The translations under genes were made by a program, and so were the position numbers. A model generated the notes under the pieces. That model was not told where the DNA came from. It saw nothing but the letters and a program-made list of their open reading frames with translations, and made no database searches. Below are positions 10,528-22,777 of a stretch of 64,000 bases of DNA, one piece after another; within the stretch, counting starts at the first letter, position 1; each line of letters starts with the position of its first letter. Source of the DNA: Stramenopiles sp. TOSAG23-3 (lineage: Eukaryota); contig LT642149.1 of the NCBI GenBank assembly GCA_900128585.1, forward strand, positions 1 through 64,000, read 5' to 3'.

Positions 10528-11829
10528 TCAGTTTCCACCACGGGATACGCTGACTTTGACGCCAACACCACCTATTTCGCTTTCGAAGCAGTCATACCCA
10601 TGACTGGTCGACAGCTCTGATTTAAGACTTTCCAAGTCAGGGGTAGCATCTTCCCCAGCAACGCCTAAAAAGGTGACGGCGCAGCCCCCGCCTCCTGCAC
10701 CCGTAAGTTTGGAGGACAGCCCGACCTTCCGGCTGCTGTTGCAGATAGTTTCTAACGACGGGTGGCTCACCCCTATCGTTTCAAGCAACTGTTGGTTGGT
10801 TTCAAAAAGTTTGCTTACAATATTGTGCAAACCGTCGTCTTTCAGACTGCTCTCAAAGGTATCCGTTACCTTCTGAATCTCGTCGAAAACCCCATTGACC
10901 ATGTCTGGGTCTTCCTCGCGCAATTTTCTTACGTTTGCAACCAGTTGCCGCGTCACTCGGGGAACTTTGGTGTTTGTCAAAAGTATTCGCAGCGGGGGGC
11001 AATCTCCCAAGCGCTGAAACGTGGGGCTACCGTTCACCTTTTTGAACGACAACGTGCCCCCGTAAGTCGATATAGTGTTGTCCAGCCCAGATGGGGTGCC
11101 ATGAATGATTTTCTCCGCAACATAGGCCCATTTATTCACCGTGTCCGAAAATGAACCCCGCAGGGTCGTTTTCTCCTCACTCTCAAATATCAATTCGTTT
11201 TCTATTAAACTTTCTGAATCCTTAGCCTCGTTTAGCGATGGGGCAAAAAGTATCATCCGGGCAGAAACAAGCGCTCCAGTAGATGCCACAGAAAATGCCG
11301 CAGACGATCCTAGGCCTGCGCCGATGGGCAGCCCCTTGCTCTGCACGACCAACGCCGTCTCTGTTCCGTACAACGGGTGGCTGCTGTCTATCGCCGACCC
11401 GCAGATCAGCAGGACTTTTGCACAGAGGTACAGGGCCGTCGTAAGCGCCTCCTTTGCCGGCCTTATTGTGCCCTCGGGGACGAGGCATTCCACTAGCGCG
11501 TCCAACCGGTCTTTCAGCGCATTATCAACAGCCCCGACAGGGTTGGGGTCGTACTCGTTCGCGGCTGAGCGGTGACACTCTTGGTCGCACTCTGCCAAGG
11601 CCTGAAGCGGGACTGATAACTTGACTCCCCCAGGGACGATGTCGACCAGCTGGACGCAAACTACACCGCCCTGTTCAGCATTTTCATTCTTCTTGACGTT
11701 TACAGACACTTCCGTTCGGAGATCGCTCAAGCAACACGCAACTGCCGAAATACCGTACACCACTGCATGTTCTCCAAACAAAATCACTTTCCCTGGCGCG
11801 CTGGACGTGACAGAGAGTACAGCCTCCAT
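10528..11829 (-). CDS. MVK: Mevalonate kinase
   Basis: GHMP motifs APGKVILFGEHAVVYG, LPIGAGLGSSAA, HGTPSGLDN, KLTGAGGGGC. Confidence 0.95.
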   Translation of the reverse strand: MEAVLSVTSSAPGKVILFGEHAVVYGISAVACCLSDLRTEVSVNVKKNENAEQGGVVCVQLVDIVPGGVKLSVPLQALAECDQECHRSAANEYDPNPVGAVDNALKDRLDALVECLVPEGTIRPAKEALTTALYLCAKVLLICGSAIDSSHPLYGTETALVVQSKGLPIGAGLGSSAAFSVASTGALVSARMILFAPSLNEAKDSESLIENELIFESEEKTTLRGSFSDTVNKWAYVAEKIIHGTPSGLDNTISTYGGTLSFKKVNGSPTFQRLGDCPPLRILLTNTKVPRVTRQLVANVRKLREEDPDMVNGVFDEIQKVTDTFESSLKDDGLHNIVSKLFETNQQLLETIGVSHPSLETICNSSRKVGLSSKLTGAGGGGCAVTFLGVAGEDATPDLESLKSELSTSHGYDCFESEIGGVGVKVSVSRGGN

Positions 11830-12210
11830 TATCGCTCTTGGCGCGTATCCTTTACGTTTCCTCTGTCGAATCAGAGCTGAATTTAAGAAACTATGTAATA
11901 AATTTCAACTTGTATTGTGTCAATTTTTTTTGGCAATTCGGAAGGGCACTGGTAAACCAACAACGTTATCCTCTTTCATATGTACAAGAAGTAGTTAACT
12001 ATTTTTTATTACACATTTCCTTTTAAATTTAAATATTATAATTATTCCATTATTCGTTCCTTCTTCTTCTTCTTCTTCTTGTTTTCTTTACCGGTGGTGG
12101 TGATGGTTGTTGATAATTAAAATTAATTATTTCTTCTTCTTTTCTCTCTCCTCTTCATCTCTCTTCTTCTATTTCTCTCTCCTCCGTCGCACCTCTATTG
12201 TTGGGATGAA

Positions 12211-12252
12211 TACCGGTACCTAGGTACCTGTATGTACAGTTAGGTACCGGTA
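12211..12252. promoter_or_regulatory. GGTACC-rich nested inverted repeat in the MVK/NAXD divergent spacer
   Basis: TACCGGTACCTA..TAGGTACCGGTA 12-bp arms; internal palindrome GGTACCTAGGTACC; regulatory role inferred from position only. Confidence 0.45.
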
Positions 12253-12517
12253 CAACCTCAATGATTCTTAAACAACCGACCCACCACCCCCCACCACCGT
12301 AATTATTATTTGTAGCTAGTGGCACGAGTAGTCCTCTACCTACACAGAGGGTCCCTACTGCACCGGTAAAACTTTGTTAACTTCATAGCCTGGAAAGATA
12401 ATAGAACCAAAAAGAAATGTTTGCATCGAGAAAATTATTTTGCTGGATATAGTCGTCTATACAAATAATTTCAAAAAACGGATAATTTCACCGTCGTGTT
12501 CTGTTGGGTGAAAAAGA

Positions 12518-13531
12518 ATGTCAAGGCTTGCGTCTTCGCCTATAATTCGACACAGTGCCGAGGTGTCTACAGCTATTGTGAATATCTTTGCGGAACACTG
12601 TATTCCCGCGCTAACGCCTGATAAATACAAAGGTCAATGCGGGCGAATAGGTGTTATGGGGGGTTCTGAGACGTATGTGGGGGCGCCATTTTACGCTGGC
12701 AATGCGGCTCTAAAAGGAGGCGCAGATTTAGTGTATCTTTTCACAGCCGAAGAAGCTGTGCTGCCCATAAAGACATTTTCCCCCGAGCTGATGGTGGAGC
12801 CCTCGTACAGGTGCATCAATACAGGGCCGGAACAGAGCCCTCAAGTTATAGCTGAATCTGTTGTTGCAAAGCTGGGTCGTCTGCACTCATTGTGCATCGG
12901 CCCTGGTTTAGGACGGCACCAACACGTATTTGCAGGCGTGAAAGAAGTTATACGCGCTGCGCGAGGAACTTCTACCCCACTTGTGATTGACGCAGACGGC
13001 CTTTTCCTGGTGACGCAGGACATTAGAATTATCCAGGGAAATCAGAACGTAGTTTTGACTCCTAATATCGTAGAATTTATGAGGCTATGCAAAGTATTCA
13101 ACGTAGATGTTCCACCTCTCCCATACAGCCTTCACTTGCCAGACTGGTGCAGCTCTGTTGAAACTCTGGCCACATTGTTGGGTAATGTCACCGTTGTGCT
13201 TAAAGGGGAGAAAGACATATTGTCGAATGGACTAGAAACCTGTGTGGTTCACGAAACTGGGGGATTGAGACGTTCAGGGGGTCAAGGTGACGTTCTTGCA
13301 GGCATCATGACGTTAGCATGTGCCTGGAGCGCTATAGCACCCAAACTTCCAGACAGCTCGGAGATGTCGTCGGTATTACTTGCAGCGGGAGTATTCGCTA
13401 GCACAGTGACGAAGCGGGTGTCTAGAATTTCGTATAACGAGCACGGGAGATCGATGGGAGTCCCGGATATGTTCTCGAAAATTGGGCCGGTCATCGAAGC
13501 AATAGCTCCGGCACCAAAAGTTGAAATATGA
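12518..13531 (+). CDS. NAXD: ATP-dependent (S)-NAD(P)H-hydrate dehydratase
   Basis: KYKGQCGRIGVMGGSETYVGAPFYA, IGPGLGR, VIDADGL, LTPNIVEF, RRSGGQGDVLAG. Confidence 0.93.
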   Translation: MSRLASSPIIRHSAEVSTAIVNIFAEHCIPALTPDKYKGQCGRIGVMGGSETYVGAPFYAGNAALKGGADLVYLFTAEEAVLPIKTFSPELMVEPSYRCINTGPEQSPQVIAESVVAKLGRLHSLCIGPGLGRHQHVFAGVKEVIRAARGTSTPLVIDADGLFLVTQDIRIIQGNQNVVLTPNIVEFMRLCKVFNVDVPPLPYSLHLPDWCSSVETLATLLGNVTVVLKGEKDILSNGLETCVVHETGGLRRSGGQGDVLAGIMTLACAWSAIAPKLPDSSEMSSVLLAAGVFASTVTKRVSRISYNEHGRSMGVPDMFSKIGPVIEAIAPAPKVEI

Positions 13532-13611
13532 AAAAAAAGGGCGGTGCGACGTACGTATAAGAAAGTTTAAAAATTAATCGCGGTGTACATAATGACATAG
13601 AATTTGTTTTA

Positions 13612-16600
13612 TTATAACATCCTTCGCCTGCTAAGCTTTCTCTTCATGAGCATGTCTTTTTTACTAGCGGGGGGGGTTACTTTTGCTGGGGGGGCGAAAA
13701 ATGCTGGCACCTTCACTCCCAATTTTTCAATTTGTTCAAGCAATATCGGAAATTTCTTCGCAATCATTTCATGCAAAGGAATCATCTGCTCAATGCAAAC
13801 ACGAGCGTGCACTACAACGCCTTTTTTTAGGATCACCAAATGGTCCTCTAGGGCGCTGTTTAAAACTTCAAGCATTTTGCTTTTCTCTTCCGTCGAGGCA
13901 ATATCTTCAGCAATTTCCGGGTGGTCTTCACGAAATGACCCGTTTAGAAATGGGGCATAATTCGCAATTCCACCATTTACAGCAGCATCAACAGTACCAT
14001 TTATGGCCATGGTAAACGATTGGGTAGCAGTCCGTCCATCCAATTTTTCTGCAATCGCAATCTGTCGCTTCAAGTCTTTGTTCTTCTGGAGCACAGTCTC
14101 CACGGCTACCTCTAACGGGTTTTGAAAGTGCTCGATCGTCCCAGCAACTTCTGCGCGCCGTTGCAATCCAGGAAACCGAAAGCTTGTCCGTAAAAAAATC
14201 TTTTTGTTCCAAAGGTCCATAAATTCATTCTTGCTCTTTTCTTTTGCCTTTCTAAAGGGGCGAGATAACCAAAACACGCCTGTGTCGAAATTGCGGCGAT
14301 AGTCCACAACATTTGGCGTCGCTTTTGGCCCCATCCAGCTTGGAAGTTTGTGCTCAATTTCTTCATCAAAAGCCGGTGTGACGGTAGATATCTGGATATA
14401 TTTGGTGGTCAAAGAAGTTTTCATCTCATTGGTTTCTTTTCCTGGCGGAACAGTTTTAGTTTCAGAAAACTTTTGTCGAATGCGAGTACAGAAGTCCATG
14501 ATAGATTCCAAAGGTCTACCACGGTAAACGAAGACTTTGTTGCTAATGTCGGTGTCGTACGCAAACCCTATGAAACTTACTCGGAAGTGGGTTGGGTAAA
14601 AACGCTTTTTCTCTGTAACCATTTCGAAGTAGCTAGCCTGCTCTCTCAACACGGACGCAACTTGATCGTAGGCGAATGTTCTTTCATAGTACGATTTTAG
14701 TTTGTCGCAGTATTCAACGCATTTCTCCCAGTTTTTTCCAGCGTCGAATATATCAACTGCGTGCCGATATACTCGAGCCTGTCGATCTGAGATTGATTCT
14801 CTCGGCCAGTCGAATTCTTCGCACCAAAACTCAGGCACGTCAGCTCCATTTTTCCATGGATAAGAGGCATGCATCAGTAGAACTTCGGCCGATTCGCTGT
14901 GGTTGCCCAACTCTAAATGTATTTTATGCAGCCGATAAACATACTTGACATACATGTCGTGCCGGTCTGATTTTTGCAGGTAAGCCATTAAACGAAGCAT
15001 CGCTTGCGTCTGTTCGTCCTCGTGTTTTATGTCAACAGTTCCACCAAACTTGGAGAGGACACTCAACAAGTCAAAAAGCTCTTTAACGTCATCCAGAAAA
15101 GTAAGCGTTTCTTGAATATTTAAATTTGGGTCTTTTTCCACTTTCGCCCTCAGGCGCACCGTAAACAGCTCCTCGAAGCCCTGCCCAACATTTGCCGAGT
15201 TGTCGGATCGCTTTAGATGCGTAGAACGCCGCTTCTTAACCCTGCTTACCGTTGTTGTACGCCGAACTTTTGATGAGGGCTCCCCCCCTATTCTTCCAGG
15301 GCCGTTTGCCGGCTTGATCGACCGCTCATTGACAATCAGGTCAACTGAATTGATGGTAACAAACCGGACTTTTGCAACGCTGTTTGTATGCACTACTTCG
15401 TCGTGAAGCAAAGAGAAATACATATCAGTGCTGAGCGCACGCGTTTGCTCGTGTTGAAGGTCTGCCAATCGGAGCAAAGGTTCAACAAGGCGGTAGATCA
15501 TTGCCAGTTTCAAACGCCCCATCGAATCCCAAACTTCTTGGACCAATTTGCAGACGTCCACGCGTATATCGCCGATTTGTTTAAGAATGTATTCCCTTCG
15601 GGAGGCAGATGAATTTTCCAAGTCCAACGTGTCACTGTTTAGCATAGCAAGGCCCAGTGTTAGAAACGAAAACCACAGCTCTTTTTGTTCGGCATTGCTT
15701 ACTGAACTTTCACCACCATGCACCACAACGTCTTCTTGCGCTATGCCCGATTCTTCCTGAAAGCGAAACTCAGACCTTAAGGGCTTTGACAACCATTTCA
15801 GTATAGTGAAGGTGCACTGCTGCTGCGTCATGCACAAAACTGCCCACATCTCTGGAAAAAGTTTTTCTTCCAATGTAATTAGATGGCAGCACACGTCCAA
15901 CAAATCCCTGGTGAAGGTATACATTTCTCGCCTGGTTGACGGTATTTCCGGGTCTGCCCCCAAGCATGTCTTCAGGAAGTGATCCATTTGCAAGGGGTTG
16001 GACATCTGAACGATTCCAAAAAGGGAGCAGACAGTGTGCGCAACGTCGCTCAGTCCTTTCAAACCAAGGCTTTCGGCGGAAGCGCGCGTATTCTTGCAAG
16101 CAATCGCGCCTTTCATGCCTCCGAGCATCTGTTTTAACATATTCAAAATAGAGGGAAGTAAATAGCATATGCTCCACGCATCGTTCGACGAATTCGACTT
16201 ATGAATTATGTTCACCAAGTCTTTGCACACCATAATGCACCAGCCCCGTTCAATTTCGTCTTGTGATGCCATGTGCTTTCTGAGCGTGACTACAATGCAG
16301 GGAAGAACACGAGACCGAAAGTCCGTTTGGTAAATGTACTTGTTTCGCCCCACTATAGTGGCATGCAGGGCTTTCAGTTTCTCCCGTTTGATCGTCAACG
16401 TCTCGCTTTTGTGGATTGAGAAAGACTCAAAAAAATCCCGTGTTATTTCCCCAAGCTCGCTGTAATTGAAGAGTTTTGACAGGGCCTCGAACACGGCAGT
16501 GAAATTCTGCAAAGTTTTCTCTTGGAACTCTTCCACCACTTTCGATTCTTTCCCCATGACAATGTTCAAATTGTACTGTAATTCTAGCAAAGACTTCTTG

Positions 16601-19180
16601 AACTGAATCAACGTTTGTGTCGCTGACGCCTTTTCCATTTCAGCCACCTTGTACGCAGCCGCGATCGCAAGTTTGATCACGTAAGAAAACGACGACATTA
16701 GTTTCTGCGCCACGTTCAGGTTGTCTACGTCCATGCTCTTCCATTCCGAGCGATCTTTTTCGCCAACTTTCGAAAGCCAATCTATCAGCCGCGTCACCTT
16801 TGACACTAGGTGAGTGTGCACCGCCTTTGAAGAAACCTTCAGCACATCTCGTAAGTAAATGTCCATGGTCAAGGGAAAGTTATTTGATGTCTTCGATAGG
16901 CTTGAAAACACGTGCACGAACGTTTTGAAACATTCATCAATAGTTGCTTCGTATTCCGCTGTTTCCATTACATCTACGAGCACGTCTACAATTTTGGCAA
17001 CGGAGCTCTGTGCGATATTGGTTTCCCTTTCAATATTCTTTAGTATGGACACCAGGGACGCCTCCTGCAGATTCTTGTCCCTCCACGCCAACAGCTGGTG
17101 AAGATGAATCGAGGTGGAGCGCTGAGTCGAGCGTAGCCGTGTTTCAATGCAAAACGCATCACCGCTTCTTTTGTTCTTTTGTAAAGCCAGAGGGCCATGG
17201 TCTAAATAATCCGGTTTAATTGTTTTCTCTCCCATTCGCGGCAAAATATCATACAAGTTCAAATTGTGCTGCCCGTCTTGTAGAATTAGGCCATCGTTCT
17301 TATCGGTAAGTCTCAGGAACGAATAGGCGAAAGCGTGCGTCTTCTTCCTCTTCGATGAGACGTGGTAATATATGAAAAGTAAATGCATTCGGTAAATTTC
17401 CGTGCCTGGAATTGCCAGCCGAAACGTCTCGTTGTACTTCGGCTTTCCATTATGGTAGTACACAGAACTGAAAAAGTCTCCAGTCAATTCGTTGCCCGGT
17501 CCTACACCACGAATCAACTGCATGGACGTGGCTCCGGTATCCAGCACAGCTTGCACGCGCACTTCGATATTTTTGTCGGATTTTTTGCCGTCGCGAGAGA
17601 AACTGCCGTCGCGAAGGGTTACGTACAGGTCGTCTCTAACACAGTTCGGATCTGCTGCTCTTTGCATGTACAAGCTCGGAGTCTTCGAGCTAGAGCGAAC
17701 ATCTGGGATACTTTCGCCTTCAACTTCGGCAAGGTCTACGGACAGATCGTCAATAGACCCGAAGGCTGCAAATAAGCGGACGGCCACAAACCCACCGTCG
17801 TCGGCCCACCTAGGCGGGTCTTTTTGCGTCTCTGCAATGTTGCCTGGGTCATTAATAATCATATCATGCAACCCGCTGAAGTTTTCCTCTAACATTTCCT
17901 TCGCTCTTGGGATCAAGATGGGGATGCTCAAACCGTTTGGTTCCCACTCTGGGTCTATAATTCCCGTACGGCCGTCGATAGGTGTGATAATTTGTTTCAT
18001 TTCCACCCGCAGTCGGCGTGCCTACCCTTCTCTTGAACGAGTCTGTCAAACTATTGCCACTTGCTTTTGAGGCCTTGGCTTCCAAATCTCCTTTTCGGTA
18101 CACCTTGCACACCAAGTACAGCCCTTCCTCAAGCGCTTCGGGCTGGATGTTTTGGAACACGGTTTTCAATTTGTCGTACAATTCCATATTTGGCAGGCCC
18201 TTCTCTGTAACTGTCACTTTGAACTCTTCCGTCAGAAACCTGCCAGAACCACTCGCCGACAATTTTGCCGCCGCCGCAGTGTCCGCCTGGCTCGCACGGT
18301 GCCTAGCGCTCTTCAAGAATAGAGAAAAATAAATTTCAAACGGTTCGCCAACCGGACAAGGCGAGGACTTGTACTCCAAGTACACGTGGAGCAGCGGCAA
18401 CAAGATTTTTCTCTCGCTTGACTGTTCCCTGCTGGACAGGGAAGAGCTCGTCCGTTTTCTTTTTTCTTTTGCATTTGTGAACCAGTTCCTCCCCGTCTGC
18501 GGCACAAACCTTTCCGAGACCTTGTTCCCTTCAATCATATCTTCTTGCATTTCGTTGTACAGTTCGAACACTTCAACCATTCCGTGGTCGGATACATTAT
18601 CCCCATGTACCAGGCGGGGGACCAGGAACCCCGCCTGGGATTTTCGATATGCTTCTAACATTTTGAACAGAACCTCCTGCGCTTCCTCCTTCTCGTGTCT
18701 CCCTCGGCTGTCCGACACCAAGATCCCCCGCCAGTGCACTAACTTCCCAATCCGGCTTTTGATCTGGAAATAGCTTGGCGTGTCCCTGTCGTCCCTGTCC
18801 TCCCCATCCCGTAATAATTCCCTGGCTTTCTTTCCCCACAATTTGATATTAGCGGAGACTTCTTTCAGAAGCCTCTCCTGCTTTCGCAGTTCCGACTGTT
18901 GCTCCGCGAGCGGGTCAATGTCAACTTCGGCAACACTGGAGCGTGGCTTATGATCGACGGACTCGTCGATCAGTTCTATATAATTTGCTGGGAAGATACC
19001 CATCACCAACGTGTTCTCGGCCGAGCACCCTCTATACCACCCCTTATTCTCACCCACAACATTTACAGTCTCATTCACTTTCAACGAAAGCTGCCCTTTC
19101 CCGAGCTTCCCCTCGGCGGGAGTAAACGGGTACTTTGCGCGCCCGGTACGGTTCAACGCAACCCAACCTGACTTGCTCAT
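13612..19180 (-). CDS. SH3-containing DOCK-family Rho/Rac GEF; split into two ORFs by a frameshift near 17962
   Basis: SH3 (GWYRG..GIFPANYIEL), RRPYG motif, C2/DHR-1 (DDLYVTL..KNIEV..SSVYYH..NETF), DHR-2 (FRVSFIG..FVYRG..GTVDAAVNGGIANY). Confidence 0.92.
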
Positions 19181-20236
19181 ATGGAAGAAGCCGCGCTGTT
19201 ATTCCTCAACAAACAAAATAAAAATAAAATATGATCGCCCAGGGTTATTAATTTGAGCTATAGAAGAAAAGAACCCCGTCTTAAATATTGGTTGTTAATT
19301 ATTCGAAAACAAATACAATAATACAAACAAATCGTACATCAAACAGGTTCGGTTCTCCTCCCCAAGGTTCAATTTAATTCCTGATTGATGATTGTTGATG
19401 ATAATAATTATTATTATTATTTTTTTTTCTATTTGCATGCTGCTTCTTTCTTCTTCTCTTCTCTCTCTCTGCTGCTGTTGTTGTTTTTCTGTTCGTAGTA
19501 CTACCACTTGGTATTTTATTATATTATTATTAAAGTCGAAGTATAATTAATATCAGAAGAAAGAACGAAAGAGAAGAAGAAGAAAAAAAAGAATGATTTT
19601 GATGGATGAACAAACAAAATAACCCTAAAATTCCACTACTGTTTTCTTTAGATCTTTTGGATCTTTTCTTTCTTCTATTTACGAGGATTTCTTCGTGCGG
19701 TGCGGTACGGTACGGAATATGGTATTCTAATAATATAATTTGGTCTATCTGTTTTATTTTTAAGATTTCATACAACTCCTGCGCTTCTTTATATATTTTA
19801 GCATTTTAATAATACATATAGATAGCATACAAGTAAAGTATAATTTTTTTATCTTTTTTTTTCTTCTTCTCTTATTATACCTGGTATTGTACATTATTAA
19901 CTAAAAATTCTATCTCCCTCCTCCTCTTCTTCTCCTTCTTTCTCCTTTGTCATACATACTTACTACGATATTAATATTAATACTGAATACCGTCGTGGTG
20001 GTGGTGGTAGTAGTAATTATTTTTTTTTAGTTTAGTATTTGGAAACTAATTAATAATTGCATATAAACTAATTGCATTTCCGATCCATTCCTTGGACACG
20101 TACGAAGAATTATATATGGAGGCGAAACCGTGAGATGAGGAAGTGCAGAATTTAGTGATCACAGTTATTCAAAAGTTTAAAGCTTTTCTTTTTATATATT
20201 TTTATCTTCTGCAACAAGAGATATATTTGTTCAACC

Positions 20237-20884
20237 ATGTCAAAGAATTATTCGCAAGTAAGTAGAGCCTTTTTCGCAACACACTCCACGTTGACTTTTA
20301 TGTACTGACCGTTTGCCTTTCTGCTTTCCCAGTTGGTGTTGATAACGGGGGACATGCACATACCTCATCGTGCCAATTCTATCCCTGCTGCATTTAAAAA
20401 GTTGCTTGTGCCTGGACGTATCAATCATGTGTTATGCACTGGAAATTTGTGCACGGAAGAGCAATTAGAGTTCTTGAGAAGTCTTTCTTCTAGCGTTCAC
20501 GTAGTACGAGGCGATTTTGACGAGATTCAGGATTTACCAGAAACAAAAGTAGTAGATATTGGCGATTTCAAAATTGGCCTATGCCATGGCCACCAGATCG
20601 TCCCATGGGGAGACGCAGAGAGCCTGGCCGCCATGAAGCGCCAGCTTGGGGTGGACATCCTGGTCACGGGACACACGCACCAGAACGCATTGCGAGAATC
20701 AGACGGAAGTTGGTTCATCAACCCTGGATCTATTACTGGGGCATATAGTAGTCTTTCATCCAAAACGACTCCAAGTTTTATATTGATGGCAATGAATGGG
20801 CCCAAGGTTATTAATTACGTGTACGAACTTGGCCCAGATGGCAAAACAAAAATTCACAAAACGGAGTTCACAAAGAAAGCTTAA
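20237..20884 (+). CDS. VPS29: Retromer subunit VPS29 (exons 20237-20257 and 20333-20884)
   Basis: Spliced start MSKNYSQ|LVLITGDMHIPHR; LCTGNL, VRGDFD, HGHQIVPWGD, GHTH, INPGSITGAY. Confidence 0.95.
20258..20332 (+). other. Spliceosomal intron, 75 nt, phase 0
   Basis: GTAAGT donor, TACTGAC branch point at ~20303, polypyrimidine tract, CAG acceptor; removal joins ATG 20237 in frame. Confidence 0.9.
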
Positions 20885-22777
20885 ATTTTGCGACTAGCAT
20901 GTGAGAAAACATCGTGCAAATAAATGGGAGGAGAGTAAGGTGGTTTTGAGCAGCTCTGAAGTGTTATTTTTTTATTATACCAAGGTACCATCTAAATAGT
21001 TGTTGTTCAATACAAGGGTATTATATGGTAGTGTAATAGTGACAACAAGTACGAAGTTCCACCAGTTGCCTTTGTATTTGGTACTATTACTTCAAACTAT
21101 AGCCTATATACCGGTACGTACTGAGGAGCTGGGCGTTGAGTGTGCTCTCTTCTCTCTCTGGGCTCTCTCTCTCGAAGGTGCTTCATTTCTTATTTTATGA
21201 AAAATGTACTTGTAATAAAATACAATAATCTTCCTATCTATAATAACTAAAAAATTAAAAATTAAAAATAAAGAACGAAACGATCGATCATCGTACTTCT
21301 CGTAATCCGGAAGCCGGAAAGTGATTGATAGGATATGATATTAGATAAAAGTACGAAATATAGTATACATATAGTACATTAGCAGAATCGATCGAAGACA
21401 CTACTACGTACTATATAGTCTACATATAGGTAAACAATTTTTAATAAAATCAATGTTGAGAAGCGGAGACTCCTTTTGGTATTTTTTTGTTTGTGTTTAG
21501 TGAGTTTTTAGTTTTATTTATTCTTCATATTCAATATTCCTTCCTTTTATTTATAATATATTTATATTAGACTATATACAGTGTACAGTATAAGAAGCTA
21601 AATAGTTTGTACTTTATATTTATTCACATTTCTTTTTTTAAATATATGCTGTCTGCTGTCTCCATTATATAATTTGAAGATTTTATTGCTTTGTTTCTTT
21701 CTTCCCTTTTTACTTCTTCTATTCTTCCCGGAATTTCATTTTTTTAATTTGGATTTATTATTATTATTTGTTTTGTATTTGTCGTCTGTTCGTTATGTTA
21801 TGTCTTGTGTCTTCTTTCTTCATTCAGAACCAGTGATTAATCAATGCTATTTAATGTACAAAAATCGAATTCCCTTTTCAATATTTTATTTATCGATGGA
21901 ATTAAATAAATAGCACTTGATTCGTATAGTAATACAAATATTAAGTATCTATATATTTTACTACAGCAATTTTAGTTTTTATGGTAAAATAGAAAGAAAA
22001 CCTCCTCCTACTTACTATTTTCATTGTAATTTCAAGGTGCCTGTAGTTAGTTATTGAATTAAAAATTAGAAGAATAGGTTAGTATATTGTATTAGTACTT
22101 ATATTCCGTAGTCTAATGGATCAAGTTGATTTTAACTAGAAAGAAAACAGATACTAAAAGAAGATGCATATACATAACTAACTGTATACGATACAGCTAA
22201 AAAAAAAACTATTTATTTTATATTTTTTCACTACAGAAAGTTGTATTCTAATGGGTTGCTTTTGTAACTAAATTTATTTGTTTTTAATTTTATTTTTCAA
22301 AAAATCTTTTTTTTTCTTTTTTTTCTTTTTTTTTGAATACTAATGATACAGTACTGTTATCTACTACCAAATACTTTCAAATAGTATTGAAGAGGAGGCC
22401 TTTTGCTACAGTGCTGCTACTACAACCAACCAAAATTCGGATCGTGACGTCGGCACAGTGGTGTACAGGTTTAGGAAGGAAGGAAGGAAGGAAGGAAGGA
22501 AGGAATGTGAACGAAGAAGGAAGGAACAATTTAAACACAAAAAGTGTCTATATACTGATACACATTTACACTTCCCATTGCATTACGTATGGGATCTGAT
22601 CGGATACATGCGTACATGCACCTTTCATGCGTAAACGGAAAAGGAACAATCTTTACACTTTCAAGCATACGCAGATATACGTACACACAAACATTTATAT
22701 ATAAATATACATTGGTATTATTTGACCGTAATTTATACAGTTTCGACAACCAAACTCTTCAATTCAAAACAAGTAAG

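Noticed and set aside
10528-13531. MVK-NAXD (or PEX19-carrier) as a functional gene cluster
   Set aside because: Unrelated pathways; adjacency is explained by genome compaction
7303-17966. Shared programmed +1 frameshifting system across two genes
   Set aside because: The sites share no motif and neither has a stop at the shift point; draft-assembly error is simpler
17955-17969. 15-nt GT..AG micro-intron at the DOCK break
   Set aside because: Length is a multiple of 3, so it cannot restore frame, and it would disrupt RRPYG
20110-20165. ATGAGGAAG upstream of VPS29 as a snoRNA box or repeat copy
   Set aside because: Only a 9-mer match; no flanking similarity or supporting box structure
22589-22777. 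N-terminal extension of the CCT2 ORF
   Set aside because: AT-rich and UTR-like; CCT2 similarity begins at ATG 22778
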